Positions 31,300-45,900 of a stretch of DNA of 64,000 bases are shown piece after piece. The stretch is taken from positions 434,001 through 498,000 of the forward strand of contig CT868540.1 of assembly GCA_000165425.1 (NCBI GenBank), written 5' to 3'. A model generated the notes under the pieces. It was not told the DNA's origin and searched no databases. It saw nothing but the letters and a program-made list of their open reading frames with translations. Each line of letters opens with the position of its first letter. Positions within the stretch are counted from its first letter, which is position 1. The stretch comes from Paramecium tetraurelia (taxonomy: Eukaryota). The translations under genes were made by a program, and so were the position numbers.

Positions 31300-32823
31300 A
31301 TGAATAGGATGAAAAAATTAATATAGTAAAAAGGGTTTCTACCTGCTAAACCTTCGCAAAATGATCTGTTGAATGAAGCCAGACAAGCCTTTTTAAAAAA
31401 GCAGAGAACTTAAAAAGAATAAGAACAAATTGAATTATTTATGCTATCATTAAGTTTCGTATAAAAATTGAAAGTTCAATATGGACCACTTATTGTAGCT
31501 GATCTCTGTAAAAACATATCTTATTTGAGAATCCCTGCTGGTAATCAAAGTAAATATCTTATAATAATATAGTCATCCAAATTAATAAGGAAAACAGAAC
31601 TTTTTATGTCATCCTATCTGGCAAAGTAAGTATTAGCATCTATGTCCAAAAAGGCTTACGGAGAACCTCTATGAAAATCAATTAAAACAATAACATTACT
31701 CAGCAAACTAGTGTATAATAAATTCAATAATCCTCAACCCCAGGAGCAATTCACCAATAGCCAGCTATAAAAGGAGATGAGGACTAATTTAGTCTCCAAG
31801 AAATTAAAACACTTGAATAAGGTGACTCCTTTGGTGAATTGGCCTTGATAAAAGATAATCTAAAAGCAACAGCAACAGTCACAACTAAAACAGATTGTGA
31901 ATTTGGTTGTTTGACACGTAAACAATATATAGACATCTTAGGCAAAATCAGTAAAGTTATTATTATATTGAGTTTAGAATCTACATCATGAAAAATTAGT
32001 ATTTCTCTAAACAATTCCTCCTCTAAAACTTTGGAATGATGAAGATCTTAAATAATTGTCCTATTATTTAGTTTTGAAACATTATGTAAGAAATCAAATA
32101 TCAATTAAAGAGGGTGCAGACAACTCTCAAATTTTTGTTGTTAAATATGGAGTATTTCATGTTGTTAAACAATATCAAGGATAATAGTTAATTTTAAGTG
32201 AACTCTAAGAATCAGAAATCTTTTATTAACATCCCAGTGAATTGAAATACTAATTTTCTCTTCGTTGTGCTTCAGATGGATCAAGTTTGTATGAATTCTC
32301 TCATTACGACTTTAAGAAATATGCAGAAAATAATAATTTAGAGGATTTCAATAGTTTAGAAAAACAAAAATAAATCTGGAGAATGAAAAAGTTTGAAGAA
32401 AGAGTATTTGATGTTAGAGATGTACATCATTAAGAAATTGAGCTTATTGAAACTAAAATAGAATTTAAGAAAACAATTAAATTATATGAAGATCTTAAAA
32501 TCAGATGCAAATCTGCTAAGAGAAGAAAGACTCCTGTTCAAACTGAAGAAAATGCCTTCTAAAAAACTTAAAGATAAGCTTAAATGGCTCTAAAGAAAAA
32601 TCAAATCCTTAGATTTGGGGATGATTCTAGTGAAAATTCATTCACTCTTCCTGCTATAAGAAGCACTTCAAGAAAAAAGATTTATGTAGATTTGATTGAC
32701 ACAGAAAAGAGTTTTGAAACGCTTGATCAATATAAAATAGGAGACAGTGAAAAATACTAATTGTATTTTGACCATTCACATCCTTGGAGAAACATAAATC
32801 AAAAAAAACAAATTTATAATTGA
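31300..32823 (+). CDS. cyclic nucleotide-binding domain protein (two cNMP-like domains)
   Basis: FYVILSGKV, GDSFGELALI...ATATV, then a second degenerate domain IFVVKYGVF. Short introns. Confidence 0.85.
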
Positions 32824-33378
32824 TAAATTAGTATCTCAACTTATTTTGAATTCTTCAATAGATTAATCTATTAATTAACTTTAATGTTATTATAGTTAAA
32901 ATCTTTCTGATTTTTTTTTTATGATAATATTATAATTCTAATCTATTAATAATTTAAAAAAAAATAATAGGTTAAGTTCCTCAATGTATTTAATGTTTTG
33001 TTTGAAATTGTTGATTATTTTAAATATCAAACACCTAAAGTTCATATCACTTTATTACTGTAAATTCCATTATAATTATCATAAAATGGTGTATTTGCTT
33101 AATATCATTATTATTGATATTATTCAATCAACAATATTCATGATATATTTTACTTGATTTTGTTATTCTCTGCGCATATTTTATTTAGTAGTTTCTATTA
33201 TTTTTTTAAACTAACTATCTGATTCTACATAATTATATAATATTAAATTATTATAACTTCTCTTGTTTTTTTTCCTTAGTAGTTTAATTCTTATATAATA
33301 TATTTATTATATCATTTCTACATATTATGAATACATAAACTTAAGCTTAATAGATTGAATATTATTTACTATAAATTA

Positions 33379-36300
33379 ATGAATTTAATTGATTCTTTAT
33401 TGAATGATTTCTAATAACTTTTGAATGATTAAAAGAAAAATCAAGTTTAGAAGCCTCTGATTTAGAGAATAATAGATGATATCAAAAAGCATAAGTCCTT
33501 ATAAAATTTACCAACATAAGAAATCATTGAAATTTTTGCTAAACTTCCTGAAAGCAAAACTAATTAAACATCTGGAATTGCTCTTAACATTATTATAAAA
33601 CTATTCAATGCAGTTTTATTGTTTAAAGTAAATCAATTTCTATTTTAGGCAGACATTCATCCCTTATTATATTACTTCTATTTGCTTAAAGAAGAAACAA
33701 ATGAAAATGTGCAATTAAAATTGGTACAATGCAGTGTACATTTAATTAATAATGAAATAGTAAATATCAATCATCCTGAGGACATAGAGAAAGTAATAGT
33801 GATTCTAAAAGTAGCTAATGTGTATATTTTTCACCTTGGTAATGGCAAAAAGTCCAATCATACAAACAACAGCAATCACAGGTTTGATGGAAATCTTAGA
33901 TTATCTGTGTAGACAATACAGTGATTAACCTAATAAAAATGGAGTTACGATATTTGCGCAACTTATCCAAGGTATGAAAGGACAGAAGGTCTCTTTCATA
34001 ATATAGAATGAGTTTTCTAGAGGAATCTGTAGAGATATGTTATCTTAGATCATAACAAATTTAGGATCTTTTATAAACAAGGATGAATAGGTTAGCAAAG
34101 TAATCTAAGAATTTTCAGCTATTATTTATGAAGAGATGAGTTTGGATTCTGCAGATGTTTAATTCAGTATTTCCATATTTAATCATAGATGCAAGAAGAA
34201 TTAGGGATTCATTTGGTATAATAGTCACCTTACAAAAAGACATATCATTAATAAAACATATCAGTCTACTATTCACTAGATCTCCGTCGTATGGTTATGT
34301 TCGATATTGGATCTTGGAAGGAATTCTGACTATACTGCAAGATCCTAAATTAGTGATGCTACTATCATAAGGATCTGTATAAGAAGAAAATTAATAGCAA
34401 TAATCTACTTTGTTATAACACTTAATTTTTATTATCAAGTTATCAACAGAATAGGAACCTTAATATACAATAAATTAAACTAATTAATAATAGGCATATG
34501 CAAAATTTAAGAATTTGTATTAATAAAATTTACTTAACCTAACAGAAATTCCATGTTACAATAAAGCATTATTCATTAAAAAATCAGGTATAATAGCAAA
34601 TTTTATAAATAGTTGAATGCATTTTTCATTTTACTGATTCGATTCTAAAGATTTAAAAGTTAAAAGGAATTTTATTATTCTGTTAGAATTACAAATAATT
34701 TTAATCAAAAATAATAATAGATGAAAATTGCAAGGAGCTTAATTCAATAACCGAGTAAGCACAATAGTTAATATTAAAATCAATCCAAAACATAATCGTA
34801 AATCTGAATGACGATACCCAGTATTAAACTCTTTTAAATTCTCTATAAAGTTGGATTGAGTTATCTAGTTCTTTAGGTTAAATTAAAACTAGAGAAGCCT
34901 TCATTAAATATTTGAGTAGTCTTTGTATTGGCAAATAAAACGCTGCTCTAACAAAGTGTCAGTTATAAAGTGCAAAATTCTTATTCAAAATTGCACAAAA
35001 CGAAAGTAAATGTACATAATTAAATTTTTAGATTTTTTGGATACTAAGTCCTGGTATATAATTATGAAGACTATGCAATACTTTGAAGAACAAATTTAAA
35101 AATCATAAGCCTAAAATTAAATTTCATAAGAATTACATCCTGAAGTTATTTAGTAAGAAATAACTTTGCTAAACAATATCTGCGAAGGTTTATTCGCATC
35201 TAGTAACTTATACGAAGATTCCCAATTGCTCTAGATGATTGAAGCAATAAATCAAGTTACCTTGAGTTTAATGGAGTAGTATAATAATGTTTAGAATCTA
35301 GTTAATTGCAAGTCCATTTCATTTGGATTGTAAAAGATTCACTAAATAACTAAATAAAATTGGTTCAGAATTCATCAATTTTGGGACTTTATCACAGCTC
35401 ATTTTATATGCATAGCAAATTATAAGCAAAGGGCTTTTAGAGAAACAGCTTTGGAGATCTTTTCATAATTAGTGCAATAAGGATTTATATATTTCTTAAG
35501 ACCAGATTAAAGTCGTTGTTGGGAAGGAGATACTTGGTAGTCTCATTTATTAAGTCCCATTCAACAAATGATTAAAATTCCTTATGCTGATGTCAAAGAA
35601 ACTTTGCTAAACATTATTTTTAAACTGATTTAAAATAATGGACATGAATTGAATATTCTAGGATTTAATACAATTATAGAAATATTGTTAATCAGCTGTG
35701 ATGAAACAGAACCGGCTGGATATGTAAATATTGGATTTCACATTTTGGAATTGTTGATAGGGTAATTTATGCATTTATTGGATCCTAAGACTACCAGAAG
35801 ACTACTACCATTAATTAAGCAATTTAGATAAAGAACAACAGAGTAAAATATTAGTTATGTTTCAGTTGGTCTGATTTGGTAATTAGCAGATAACTTAAAT
35901 AAGATCTGTCCAAGTCAGACATCCCAAACTGAAGTAGAGGAATTATGGACTGTTGTTTTATAGAGTTTGAAGGACTTGTCTTTGGATAACACTCCAGATG
36001 TTAGATAATCAGCTTTACATATCATAATTTAAATTATATTAATTAACTGCGGATCATTTAAAGTTAACTTTTAAATTGATCTACTAAAAAACCTAATATT
36101 CAAGATTTTAGATGATTTGATTGGAAGAGTTGCCTAATTATAATAATTGGAAGGGATTTTTAATTCCAAAATGCCAAATTATATAAAAGAAGAAGATTAT
36201 CCAAAATTTACTAAATTCTCTGAGAAGGATTTATTAACTTCAACTGTAAATTAAAATGAAGTCATAGCAGCCTGGGAAGAAACTACTAAGATAATGATTC

Positions 36301-37655
36301 AAAATTTAACCAAATTTTTAAAGAAAATATCATAATTAGAAGATCAAGAGTTTAAGTAATAAGCATAATAATTGTACAATGAAATATTCATAAGATTAAT
36401 AATTGCATTTTAAATTAACAATTAGGATTTAAAATGGGAAATTGTTCGTTTAATTAAAGAAAGCACAGAAATTATGATAGAAAAAAACTTGGTTACTTCA
36501 TTCGACTGGGCTAAGGAATTCATAATCTGCATATAAGAGTTTATTGGTTAAAAGGTCTAAGATAATAGGGATGTTAAAACATTAATAAACAAGATTTTGC
36601 CGGAAGTGTGTGAATTATATGTGTTATTTCTAAAAGCTCATAAAAAAGATTAAAACTCATTCTCAAAAGAATTAATGGACAATCTATATGAAAGTTATTA
36701 AGAAATTATTGATTTGCCAATAAATATCGAAAACACAACTAACATAAAGATATGGATAGATGAAAAGTAATTACATGATTACGCTGAAGACTTTTATGTT
36801 TATCTTAACAGTTAGCAAGATAAATCTAAACTCTATGCTTTTCTATTACTGAATCTAAAGAAGGAAGGGGGAATGACCAAATTATAGGACCTGCTCATTT
36901 ACAAATACACCCAATTGTTAAATAAATATATCTAAGAAGAAAAATTAACTGATCCTTTGTTAATTAAATAGTATTTTGAAATTTGTCTCATTTAACTTTC
37001 AACTAGATAAAACCAACAGAAAGTAAATAATGTTAAGAGTTATAATAAAACCAATAAACCAATATGGGTTCAGGTTCTACCATAAATAATTGATACTATT
37101 TATATTAGCTAAGAAGAAGAGTATGTCTAACTTTTATCTGAATAGCTTACTTTTACTTAGTCATGGGACAAAATAATAAGTATTGACGGTTTAAGAAGCT
37201 GCATTGATGTGGAACTACAAATTTGCGAATGGCTTCTTTAATAAGACATTTTAAATAGGGAAATTGTTAATTATTGGGAATTATTGTCTAGGAATATCAA
37301 TTTATATTAATTAGAAGATTTGTTTTACGAAACAAGATAAAAGTTATTGAATATAGTATTTAAGAAGTCAAAAAATTTATATACTTTAAATCAGATCTGC
37401 TAATCTTTGGTAACCTAATTTATGAAGGATGAATATATGTCAGGATCAATGCCTTTAAGTAGAAAGCGAGTGTAAGAAATTATTCAATTGCTATTGGAAT
37501 TATAATCATTAAAAGATTTGAACTTAGAGCCACACCCACTGCTATAAGTATTTGAGTGTTTAGTAGAATTGATTACAACAAGAGAAATTGATATTAAATT
37601 GCCTCTATAAAATTTATTTAAGTAAGTGGCATTAAAGATCAGATCGCAAAAATGA
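33379..37655 (+). CDS. MON2: MON2-like large Arf-GEF-related trafficking protein
   Basis: About 1350 aa HEAT-like. NISYVSVGLIWQLAD, DNTPDVRQSA, AWEET, DEYMSGSMPLSRKRVQEI, LFECLVELIT match Mon2 C-terminal motifs. Confidence 0.85.
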
Positions 37656-38391
37656 GATAAATTAAACATTCTAAATATTCATTATAATAGTTATTCATTT
37701 TTCTTATTAAATTAGCTTAGAATAAACAATAATTTTTTTGTTAATGCATTTAACTAAATAGCTTTGTAATTATTAATTTTCAGTATTTTTTATATATTAT
37801 ATATATGTTAATTAGCGATGTAAAATTTATATTCTTCAACTTTAAAATATTAATAAAAGGTTCTTCTATTTTGATTTCTATTTCAATCATCTCTTTAGAC
37901 TGAACTCTAAATTATTATTATGTATCATTGATATGAACACTTTAGGATTTATTTTCTATCATATATAGAAATCCAAATGTAAATGAAGTTTAACTTATGT
38001 CGCTTCTTATTCAATTAGTTTTAAGGCTCTCTAAAGAACAGTTAAGAAATTGGTTAAGGAGGAAAAGCATTTAGGTTGAGAAAATCTGCTTGAAATATTA
38101 CAATTATTTTAACTAATGCCTATGCAAATTCTAATTTTTTTGCAAATATGGAGTAAAATCTGCGAGTTAAGATTGATGAAATAAAACTTTTATTGATATA
38201 ATCAAAAAGAGAAAATAACAAATAATCGATAAGAAATATAATACATTTACAATTCTTTTTATTATTAAAAGAGACTTAAATTAGTTTTGAATATCTTTAG
38301 TTTTAAAATGACTAAGGTAGAGTATTAAAATATCTAGTATTTAATTTTATAGTGAAGTCTTGTTATCAATGATCACAATAAATAAAATTGT

Positions 38392-39057
38392 TCATTCGAG
38401 ATATTATTATTTTATCAAAATATTTTTGTTGAACCACTACAAATTTCTGTTATTTTTGAATTATATAAAATATGATGAAAAAATAAATTTTCCTTAAATT
38501 TCTTGTTACCTCATGTTTCTCTGAAATCTTGGAATAGAGTTTTGGTTAACATGGATATTAGATTATAATTTAGAAAAAGTTGATATTTTTAGACATTATA
38601 ATATTCCAAATATTTTTAATTAATCATGCAAATCATATGAATTTGAATTATTTTATGCAAATGAAATAATTAGTTCATTATGTTTATTGTTAGTTTTGAG
38701 TTAAATTTCCCTGAGTTCTATATTTATATCGATTACATAAATTTATGATTCTTTGAAATTAAGGCTAGGATTTTATTATACTAATAAGAAATAAATATTG
38801 TGTTATGGTCTTTGTTTGATTGAATTTGTTTTTTTAAATTTGATTTATTTAATAAGGCCATTAATAAAAAATGTAATGATTTTAGATGATGGTTTTAATT
38901 ATTGTGGAATTGCAGAGTAGTTTGGATGCTTATGCCAGTTGATGTCAAAATTGTGATTAGAAAATTATCCTTTCGAATAGAACACTGAAATTATAGGAAG
39001 ATAACTAATTTACAGTATTAAAGCTATGAGATAACGACTAAAAGTTTGAAATAGCAT
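38392..39057 (-). CDS. possible hypothetical protein (221 aa)
   Basis: No in-frame TGA from ATG 39057 to 38392, but poor in D/E and without motifs. May be non-coding. Confidence 0.3.
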
Positions 39058-39111
39058 TGACAATGCCAAACAGATGAATATGTGTTTATCAATATAAAAA
39101 ATTACTATATA

Positions 39112-39861
39112 TCAGTTTTTACAATCTGGACATACATATTTATTAAGTTTATCCGCTTAGTCTTGTGTTAGGCCCACACATTTTAAGTGACACCATTTTT
39201 AACAAACATCGCAAAATATATACCTAATTTAGTTTAAGTTGATACTTTAAATCTGGATTGGCGGGCTTATGACATATACAAACTTATTTCCATTATTCAA
39301 CAGAGGGGTATAATTTTCTGTCTATAAATGAGGCTCTTGTGAAGTAAACATTATCATTTAACTCTTCAATTTGATCATACTCCTCATAACTGAGTATAAT
39401 TGCTAATCCCACGATGCTTTCTACTTCAATATAGTCAAATTCATTAGTTTTGAAAACTTCATTTTCTGAAATACAATCCATTTATTCCTTGGGTATACCA
39501 TAGAGTTCATTTTTCCTATAAAACCATTGCACTTTGATTAAGGGTATGCAATTATCTTCATCATCGTAGAGTTTAACTATTTTAATAAGTTTAGCCACAT
39601 ATTCTGATCGGTTGTCGCCTTTGATGCATAAGTTTTATCCAACATGATAGATCTAATCCTCATACTTTAATTTTTAATAATTCGTTCTAGAATAGTAAAA
39701 TAACCTAACCTTGACTTATTCTAATTTTATAAAATCCTCACCACTTATTTGAAATCTTTTCTCCTGAGTAAATTTTGGATGTTGCATTATCTCTTAAGAG
39801 GAATACAATCTTCTTTGAGAGTGGAGGTAGATGAAATTCTTTGTTCCTATGATACGGACAT
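39112..39861 (-). CDS. BAH-PHD histone reader (EBS/SHL-like architecture)
   Basis: EYVAKL...KVQWFYRK...SENEVFKT (BAH), then CICHKPANPD..IFCDVCQKWCHLKC...YVCPDC (PHD). Two introns. Confidence 0.92.
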
Positions 39862-40691
39862 ATTATATCAATTTGATATTTAAAATAAAATTAATCAAAT
39901 TTTTAATCGCTACTAAATCTTTATATACCAGGGTTATTGCCTCATTGGAACTGATGATTTTTCAATAGTTTCTACATCCTCATGATTATCAAATGGCAAA
40001 CTGTCAATATATAAAGATGTTTAATAAAAATGATTTTTTTTTTAAATAATTCGTTTTCAATAAAAAACAATTATGCACAAAAATTATTTTATACTCATTA
40101 TTACAATGTATACGTGATGGAAATCCGATTTTTAACTGGATACGTAAGTTTCATAACAAGAAGTAAGAATAAATAATCCAATTAGTACTCTGAATTCTAC
40201 AATGAATATTAAATAATAAATAAATAATGAATATTTAATTTGTTATAATTAATAGTATTAATGTGATTCGATTAGCGCAATCAAATTAATTTCTCATATA
40301 TATTTTTATCAAGGCAAGGAAAAACCCATGATGTTTAAACAATATGATAATCTTCACATTCAATATGGAATTATTTTAAATTTTATTTTGGTTTCATATA
40401 AATCATTTAAAGAGCCACCACTCCTCCTTATTCTATTTTGTTTTAACTATAGGTTAAATTAATAAAAAATATAGAAAAAGTAATATTCAAAACAAGAATA
40501 TTCACATTTATATTATTAAATAAATAACTATGAAAATATTTAGATTGGTTAGATTTTATTTAATTTTGTTAAATTTCAATTAATTTATGTGAAAAGTAAA
40601 CTTGTAATTCATCTACCCTATTAATTTATATTTGTGAAGTTATTGTTATATTAAGAATTAAAATTTATTAAAAATAAAATTATTTAACAGA

Positions 40692-43104
40692 ATGGGTTAA
40701 ACCAATTCATAAAATTTACAATAATCGAAAATGGATGTTCCTAAAATCAGTCAACTCTAATTTTGGAAGTAATCAACAGATATCCGCTATGGAGAGATAA
40801 GAATATTCAAGACGCAGGATCAACATGCTGTAGCTGTTAAAGATCATATTTTTTAAGATGATGAATAATGGAATTAATTCAAAATAACCCAGGAGAAATA
40901 AATGGGAAATGTAAATTATCATCATTAATACAATATATAGAAATAGAGTACCCCTTTCTTAATTTAAATGATGGACTTATAACATGTCACAGAGAAGGAA
41001 CTCTGCTCTCAATTAACTTAAGCTCATAGTGTCTATGAATATTTTGATGAATATTTGGAAAGAGTAATAAATGAGTTAAGTGAAACTAAATAATATTTTG
41101 ATGAAATTGAAATAGTTGCTATGCTCCATTGTACAGTAATAAAATGAATCATATAATTAGTTAACGGCATTATAAAGATTGAACGATCAATAAAAGCAAC
41201 ATGGCGATATCAGACCTTTAACTATAAGTTTGACATCTTATGCTCAAAGAAGTTAATTTCGATAGAACCATCCATTTTCAGTTTTCAAATTGACAGATAT
41301 CCAAGAAATGACAGACATGACTGCTTATAGAAGATGCATAGCTAAATAACAAGGCTAATACAATTTAAGTCCTGAATAATTGTCATCTCTTAAACATAAA
41401 GTCTTAAGACCCAATATTGACTAAAATAAGTCAGATGTATTCTGTATTGGATTAACTGCATTATAAATGGCAACTTTGAGTTTTGTTTAGGATATTTATG
41501 ACCTGTAAAGTTATACTTTTAATATGGAAAAATTAGACGATTATTTATTCTTCTTGAAATCTTAATATAGTTCCGACTTATATGATATTGTTGAATCTTT
41601 ACTTATAATGGCTCCAGATAATAGACCCAATCCAAAACAAGCTCATGAACTATTGTATAAATACAGATTTTAATTGGAAGACTATTTTAGAGTAATATTT
41701 TATCAATATATGCATTAGTCATCTACTATTGGTGAATTCATACCGAATTATTCAATTGATTTCAGAGAATAAAACAATGGCATTCATAAGCAAAGAGTTG
41801 TTAACCATTAATCACATAGTTTGCAAAACTAAGATCCAAATAATTAATTATATCATTAAGTTGAGAATCTAGATTAAAGAGCAAAAGTAGCTTTAAAAAG
41901 AAGTTAAGATGCCCAGATAAGATTCTAAAAGTCACCTAATAAATAGTTTAAAGTTCCTATTCCTAATTGGGAACCAACGAAAAGTTTAAAAGAATATTCT
42001 AGTTTATAGCCAATTACTTTATAAGAAATTCTTCCTTTATAAAATAAATAAATGAATATCTAGAGTGATCAAATCATTATTTAGGATCCACCTTCTAATA
42101 GGCAATCATTTTTTAAGAATTTAACTAATCAATAATAATATTAACAACAGAATTTCAGTGAACATGAGTAAGTTATTCATAATGATGATGAATATGCATA
42201 TAATCATTAAGAAATAGATGAATAACCAAAGCAAAGTTTAGTTGAGTAAGTAGAACTAACTAATTCAAATCTAAAAACACTACAATAAAAACCTATTACT
42301 AATTAGTATGATAATAACGTATTTTAATAATAATCATTATTTCAATCAATAAACACCGACTAAAAGAAATTTCCATAGTAATAATAATAATAGTAACTAC
42401 AATAATAAACTTATTCATAAATTTAATAACAATCATATCAATACTCAAATTAGGTTTAATCAAAACAACTATAAAACATTGAATAGTAATCCTAAGCTCG
42501 CTCTTCAGCTTACAACTATCCCCAAAATTAAATAAATGAAAGCATAAATGATCATCAAAGATCTCCATATGCTTTATAATAAAGATAATCTTTGGCATTA
42601 TCTCAAGATAAAGTGATTACCTAATAATTAACTGGATAATAAGTTGAATAAACACTACAAAATCTATAAAATAGATAATCTATTCGTCAAGATTCCTTTG
42701 GTGTAGGAGCTAATAGACCACAATAGCCATTGGTAGTACCTAAATCTCCAGAAATTGAGCCTAAGAATATTTTCCCCTAGTTGGATTAAGAAAAGTAATC
42801 TTAATAGAATCAAAGATCTCCAATATAGCCACTTGAAAGAATGGATGATGATGATTAGGAACATCATTACAATCCACAATTAACCGAATCAAATGACTCT
42901 TAATAGGCCATATCTGTACAAAGCAAACCCCAAAGTATAAGAGGCACAATGGTTGGTAGTTAATCACAATTAAAGGTACCTCCATCTGTGGCATCTAGAT
43001 AATAGCGTCCAACTGTCTAAAAATAATAAACTACTACTACTACATCCTAGAAAAATATATATAATCTATCATAAAAGAAAAGTAGTAAAATCATTAAAAA
43101 ATGA
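40692..43104 (+). CDS. atypical protein kinase-like domain with long Q/P-rich tail, N-myristoylation motif
   Basis: MGQTNS; VAVK; HGDIRPLT; KLTDIQ; LSPEQ; KSDVFCIG. Three introns. Confidence 0.85.
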
Positions 43105-43328
43105 CTGTTGCATAATATTTATTTACTATAATTATGAAATATTAAAACTAAACATTCTACTCTTCATTTTTAAGATTAAATTGCAACAAACGCTTTTATT
43201 TCTACAATAGTTGCATCTTTAATGGTATTCCTTATAAATTATAGAGTAATTTGTTTGATATTCTTGAACCTTAACTTAAGCTTATTGTATTTTATTTTGT
43301 TTCTTTAATATAAAAAATAAATTATAAA

Positions 43329-44676
43329 ATGGATAAATTGTATAGTTTTAAAGCTAAGTCGTAAGTTGGTCACATTAAATAAGTCATTAATTAAGAATAG
43401 AAACTACAATTTTACAGTGAAGAAGAAGGTGAGACGACTAACTCTCAGGATAATACACCTAAAACAAATGTAAAAACAAAAGTGAAATCGCCAACTTAAT
43501 AAAATGGGTATTAGACAGATGATTCTGATTCTGGAACCCCTAAAAACCAAAAGCCAAGAACCAAGTAACCTTAAGGTACCTTTATTTTACTTAATTAGCT
43601 GCTAAAATGTCAAGATTCAGCAATTTAGTAAATACTAAGAAAATTGATGGAGATGTTGAGATCGAACCAGAGTTTAGTGATAATGACAAAAAGTAATAAC
43701 CTGCTCAAATTCAATAATAAGAGGGGAATTATAACATTGAAGAGCAAGCCCAAAGAATTCAATAAAAACTAACTCAACAACCATAGAACCCAAAGCTTAA
43801 CAAAACTAAGTATTAGATTAGCTATAATTTAGATAAGCAGTCTCGATGCAAAATTTAAATGCGAATTCTGATAATGAGTAAAGTAAGAAGAATTCACAAA
43901 ATAGTGGAAAAGATAAATTAAGCAATCATCCTTTCAGACATTTGATTTTCGGTCCAAATGTAACTGAACAAACATTCAAGAAACATCTTATTCTAACTCA
44001 GAGAGGTTTAATTTATGCTAGAAAATGCTTGAAAGGTCCTTCTGACAAATTTATACAATCAAAGAAGGTGCAACTTTCCGAAGCTTACCCTAAGAAAGAA
44101 CGAGCTCTTATCTTAGATTTAGATGAAACTTTAATTCATTCGTGCACTCAAAGGGAAAATCCTTAAGTTTATGTTACTGCTGTTGGAGATTTTGGAGAAG
44201 AAGCCAAAGTAATTTTAATTTCAATATTTTAGATTGGGATTAATATTCGACCCTATACTTCGCTGTTTCTATAATAACTGTCTCAATATTATACAATATA
44301 TATTTACACTGCTTCATCCTCAGCATATGCTCAAGCAATAATTTAATATTTGGATCCAACTAAATAGTACATATCGGGAATTATGACAAGAAATAATTGT
44401 ATGGAAACCAAAAATGGTTTCTTTATTAAGGATCTTAGATTAATAAGCAACAAGGAACTAAAAGACATGCTCATAGTGGACAATTTAGCTCACTCTTTTG
44501 GTTTTTAAATTGAAAATGGAATTCCGATTCTAGAATGGCATAATGATCAAAATGATCAAGAATTAAAATATTTAATTGATTATTTGATAGAAGCAACTCA
44601 TTATCAAGACCTTCGAGAATATAACACGAAAAAGCTAAGACTAGATGATTTATTAGAATTTCATATTGAAGAATGA
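43329..44676 (+). CDS. CTD small phosphatase-like (FCP1/SCP, NIF domain)
   Basis: LILDLDETLIHS, IRPY, IYIFTAS, FFIKDL, IVDN...FGFQIENGIPI. Confidence 0.93.
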
Positions 44677-45238
44677 GGTATTTTTATATTAAATTATTTT
44701 ATTTTATTTAGTGTTATCAAATTTATTAAGTATATTTCACTATAGAATTAAAATCATTTACTGAAATTAATAGTCGCCATTAATAAACTCACTTCTAAGA
44801 TTTGTCTTAATTAAAATTTACTATTTATATAGTAATAGCTTCAAAAAGGGATTACTAGTTCCCTAATTACTTGATTTAATTTTAAACTTCTTTCTTTTTT
44901 CTAGAGACCCATTACTATTTTGTTCTTTAATTAATTCTAGTTATACTTTATTCTTTGATATCCACATCATCTTCTTTTTCAAGAATAATTTTAGAGTTAT
45001 GAACTAAATAAGCAAAACTATAAAACAAATTTATTGTCTAAAGAAAACCAAAGATCATCAATTTTAGGGCATGTGTTTTGATAATAATGATATTTAATTA
45101 AATTAATAATCAGATTCAGAACAAATATTGTTAAATTTAAAGAGCTTTGAATTGAAAGTAATAATTTATAAGAATAAAGAAGTCAAATTTAAATTAAACG
45201 TTAAAAACACAAGTGATTAAAACCATATTGAAAAAAAT

Positions 45239-45880
45239 TCAGAGCTGTTGCAACTGTTGGATGATATTAACTAAATCCTCCTTTTCTTTAATATGTCTGG
45301 ATATTTCATTCTAATATTAATGCAACAATGAATTTGTTCTTTAGATAATTTCTTACAATTAAGTAATGGTTTATCTGTCCTTTTCTCTGTTCGACAGTAA
45401 TTAGGTAGTTTCAATTTGTGATTTCTTTTTAATTGTTTCTTTATTTGCACTCCTCATTCTCGGTTTAATGCTGCCTGACATTGTTGAGTTTTGAGAGAGT
45501 GTTGCTTTTTTAAAAAAGTTCTACTATATGGTTACTTGTGGGTTTGGAGTGTAGGCTGCACTCATGTCTTTTAAATATTATTAAGAAAAGCTCTCATGAA
45601 TAAGCATCTAAGAGTAAACTTTAGATTGAAGTACTTTATTATGTGGGCCCATCTTGAGCAATTATTATAAACCATATACTACAATTGATCAAAGTGTCAT
45701 ACTTTAAATTTTATTAGTTAAACTCTTTTAGGATTATTGATTTTTTCCTGCACTTTCAATCTGTGAACTTGTAAATCTTCTATGAAAATTTTATGATTTT
45801 TATTTTTCAGGTTCAGGACTAATTGTTTACTTGCGTAACTAATCTTTCATAAATTAAGGGATATCTATTTTAGTATTCAT
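45239..45880 (-). CDS. hypothetical protein with C-terminal coiled coil
   Basis: MNTKIDIPQFMKDQLRK..., short introns, ending ...LVNIIQQLQQL-TGA. Confidence 0.65.
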
Positions 45881-45900
45881 AAAAATAAACAATTTAATTA

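Noticed and set aside
32891..33062. Retained IES: TATAGTTA ... TTACTGTA ends match the TAYAGYNR consensus
   Set aside because: The segment is intergenic, so no reading frame tests it, and the consensus is short enough to pair by chance in AT-rich DNA. It would need reads showing excision.
44789..45058. 89-aa minus-strand ORF
   Set aside because: Short, motif-free, and within chance expectation when TGA is the only stop.
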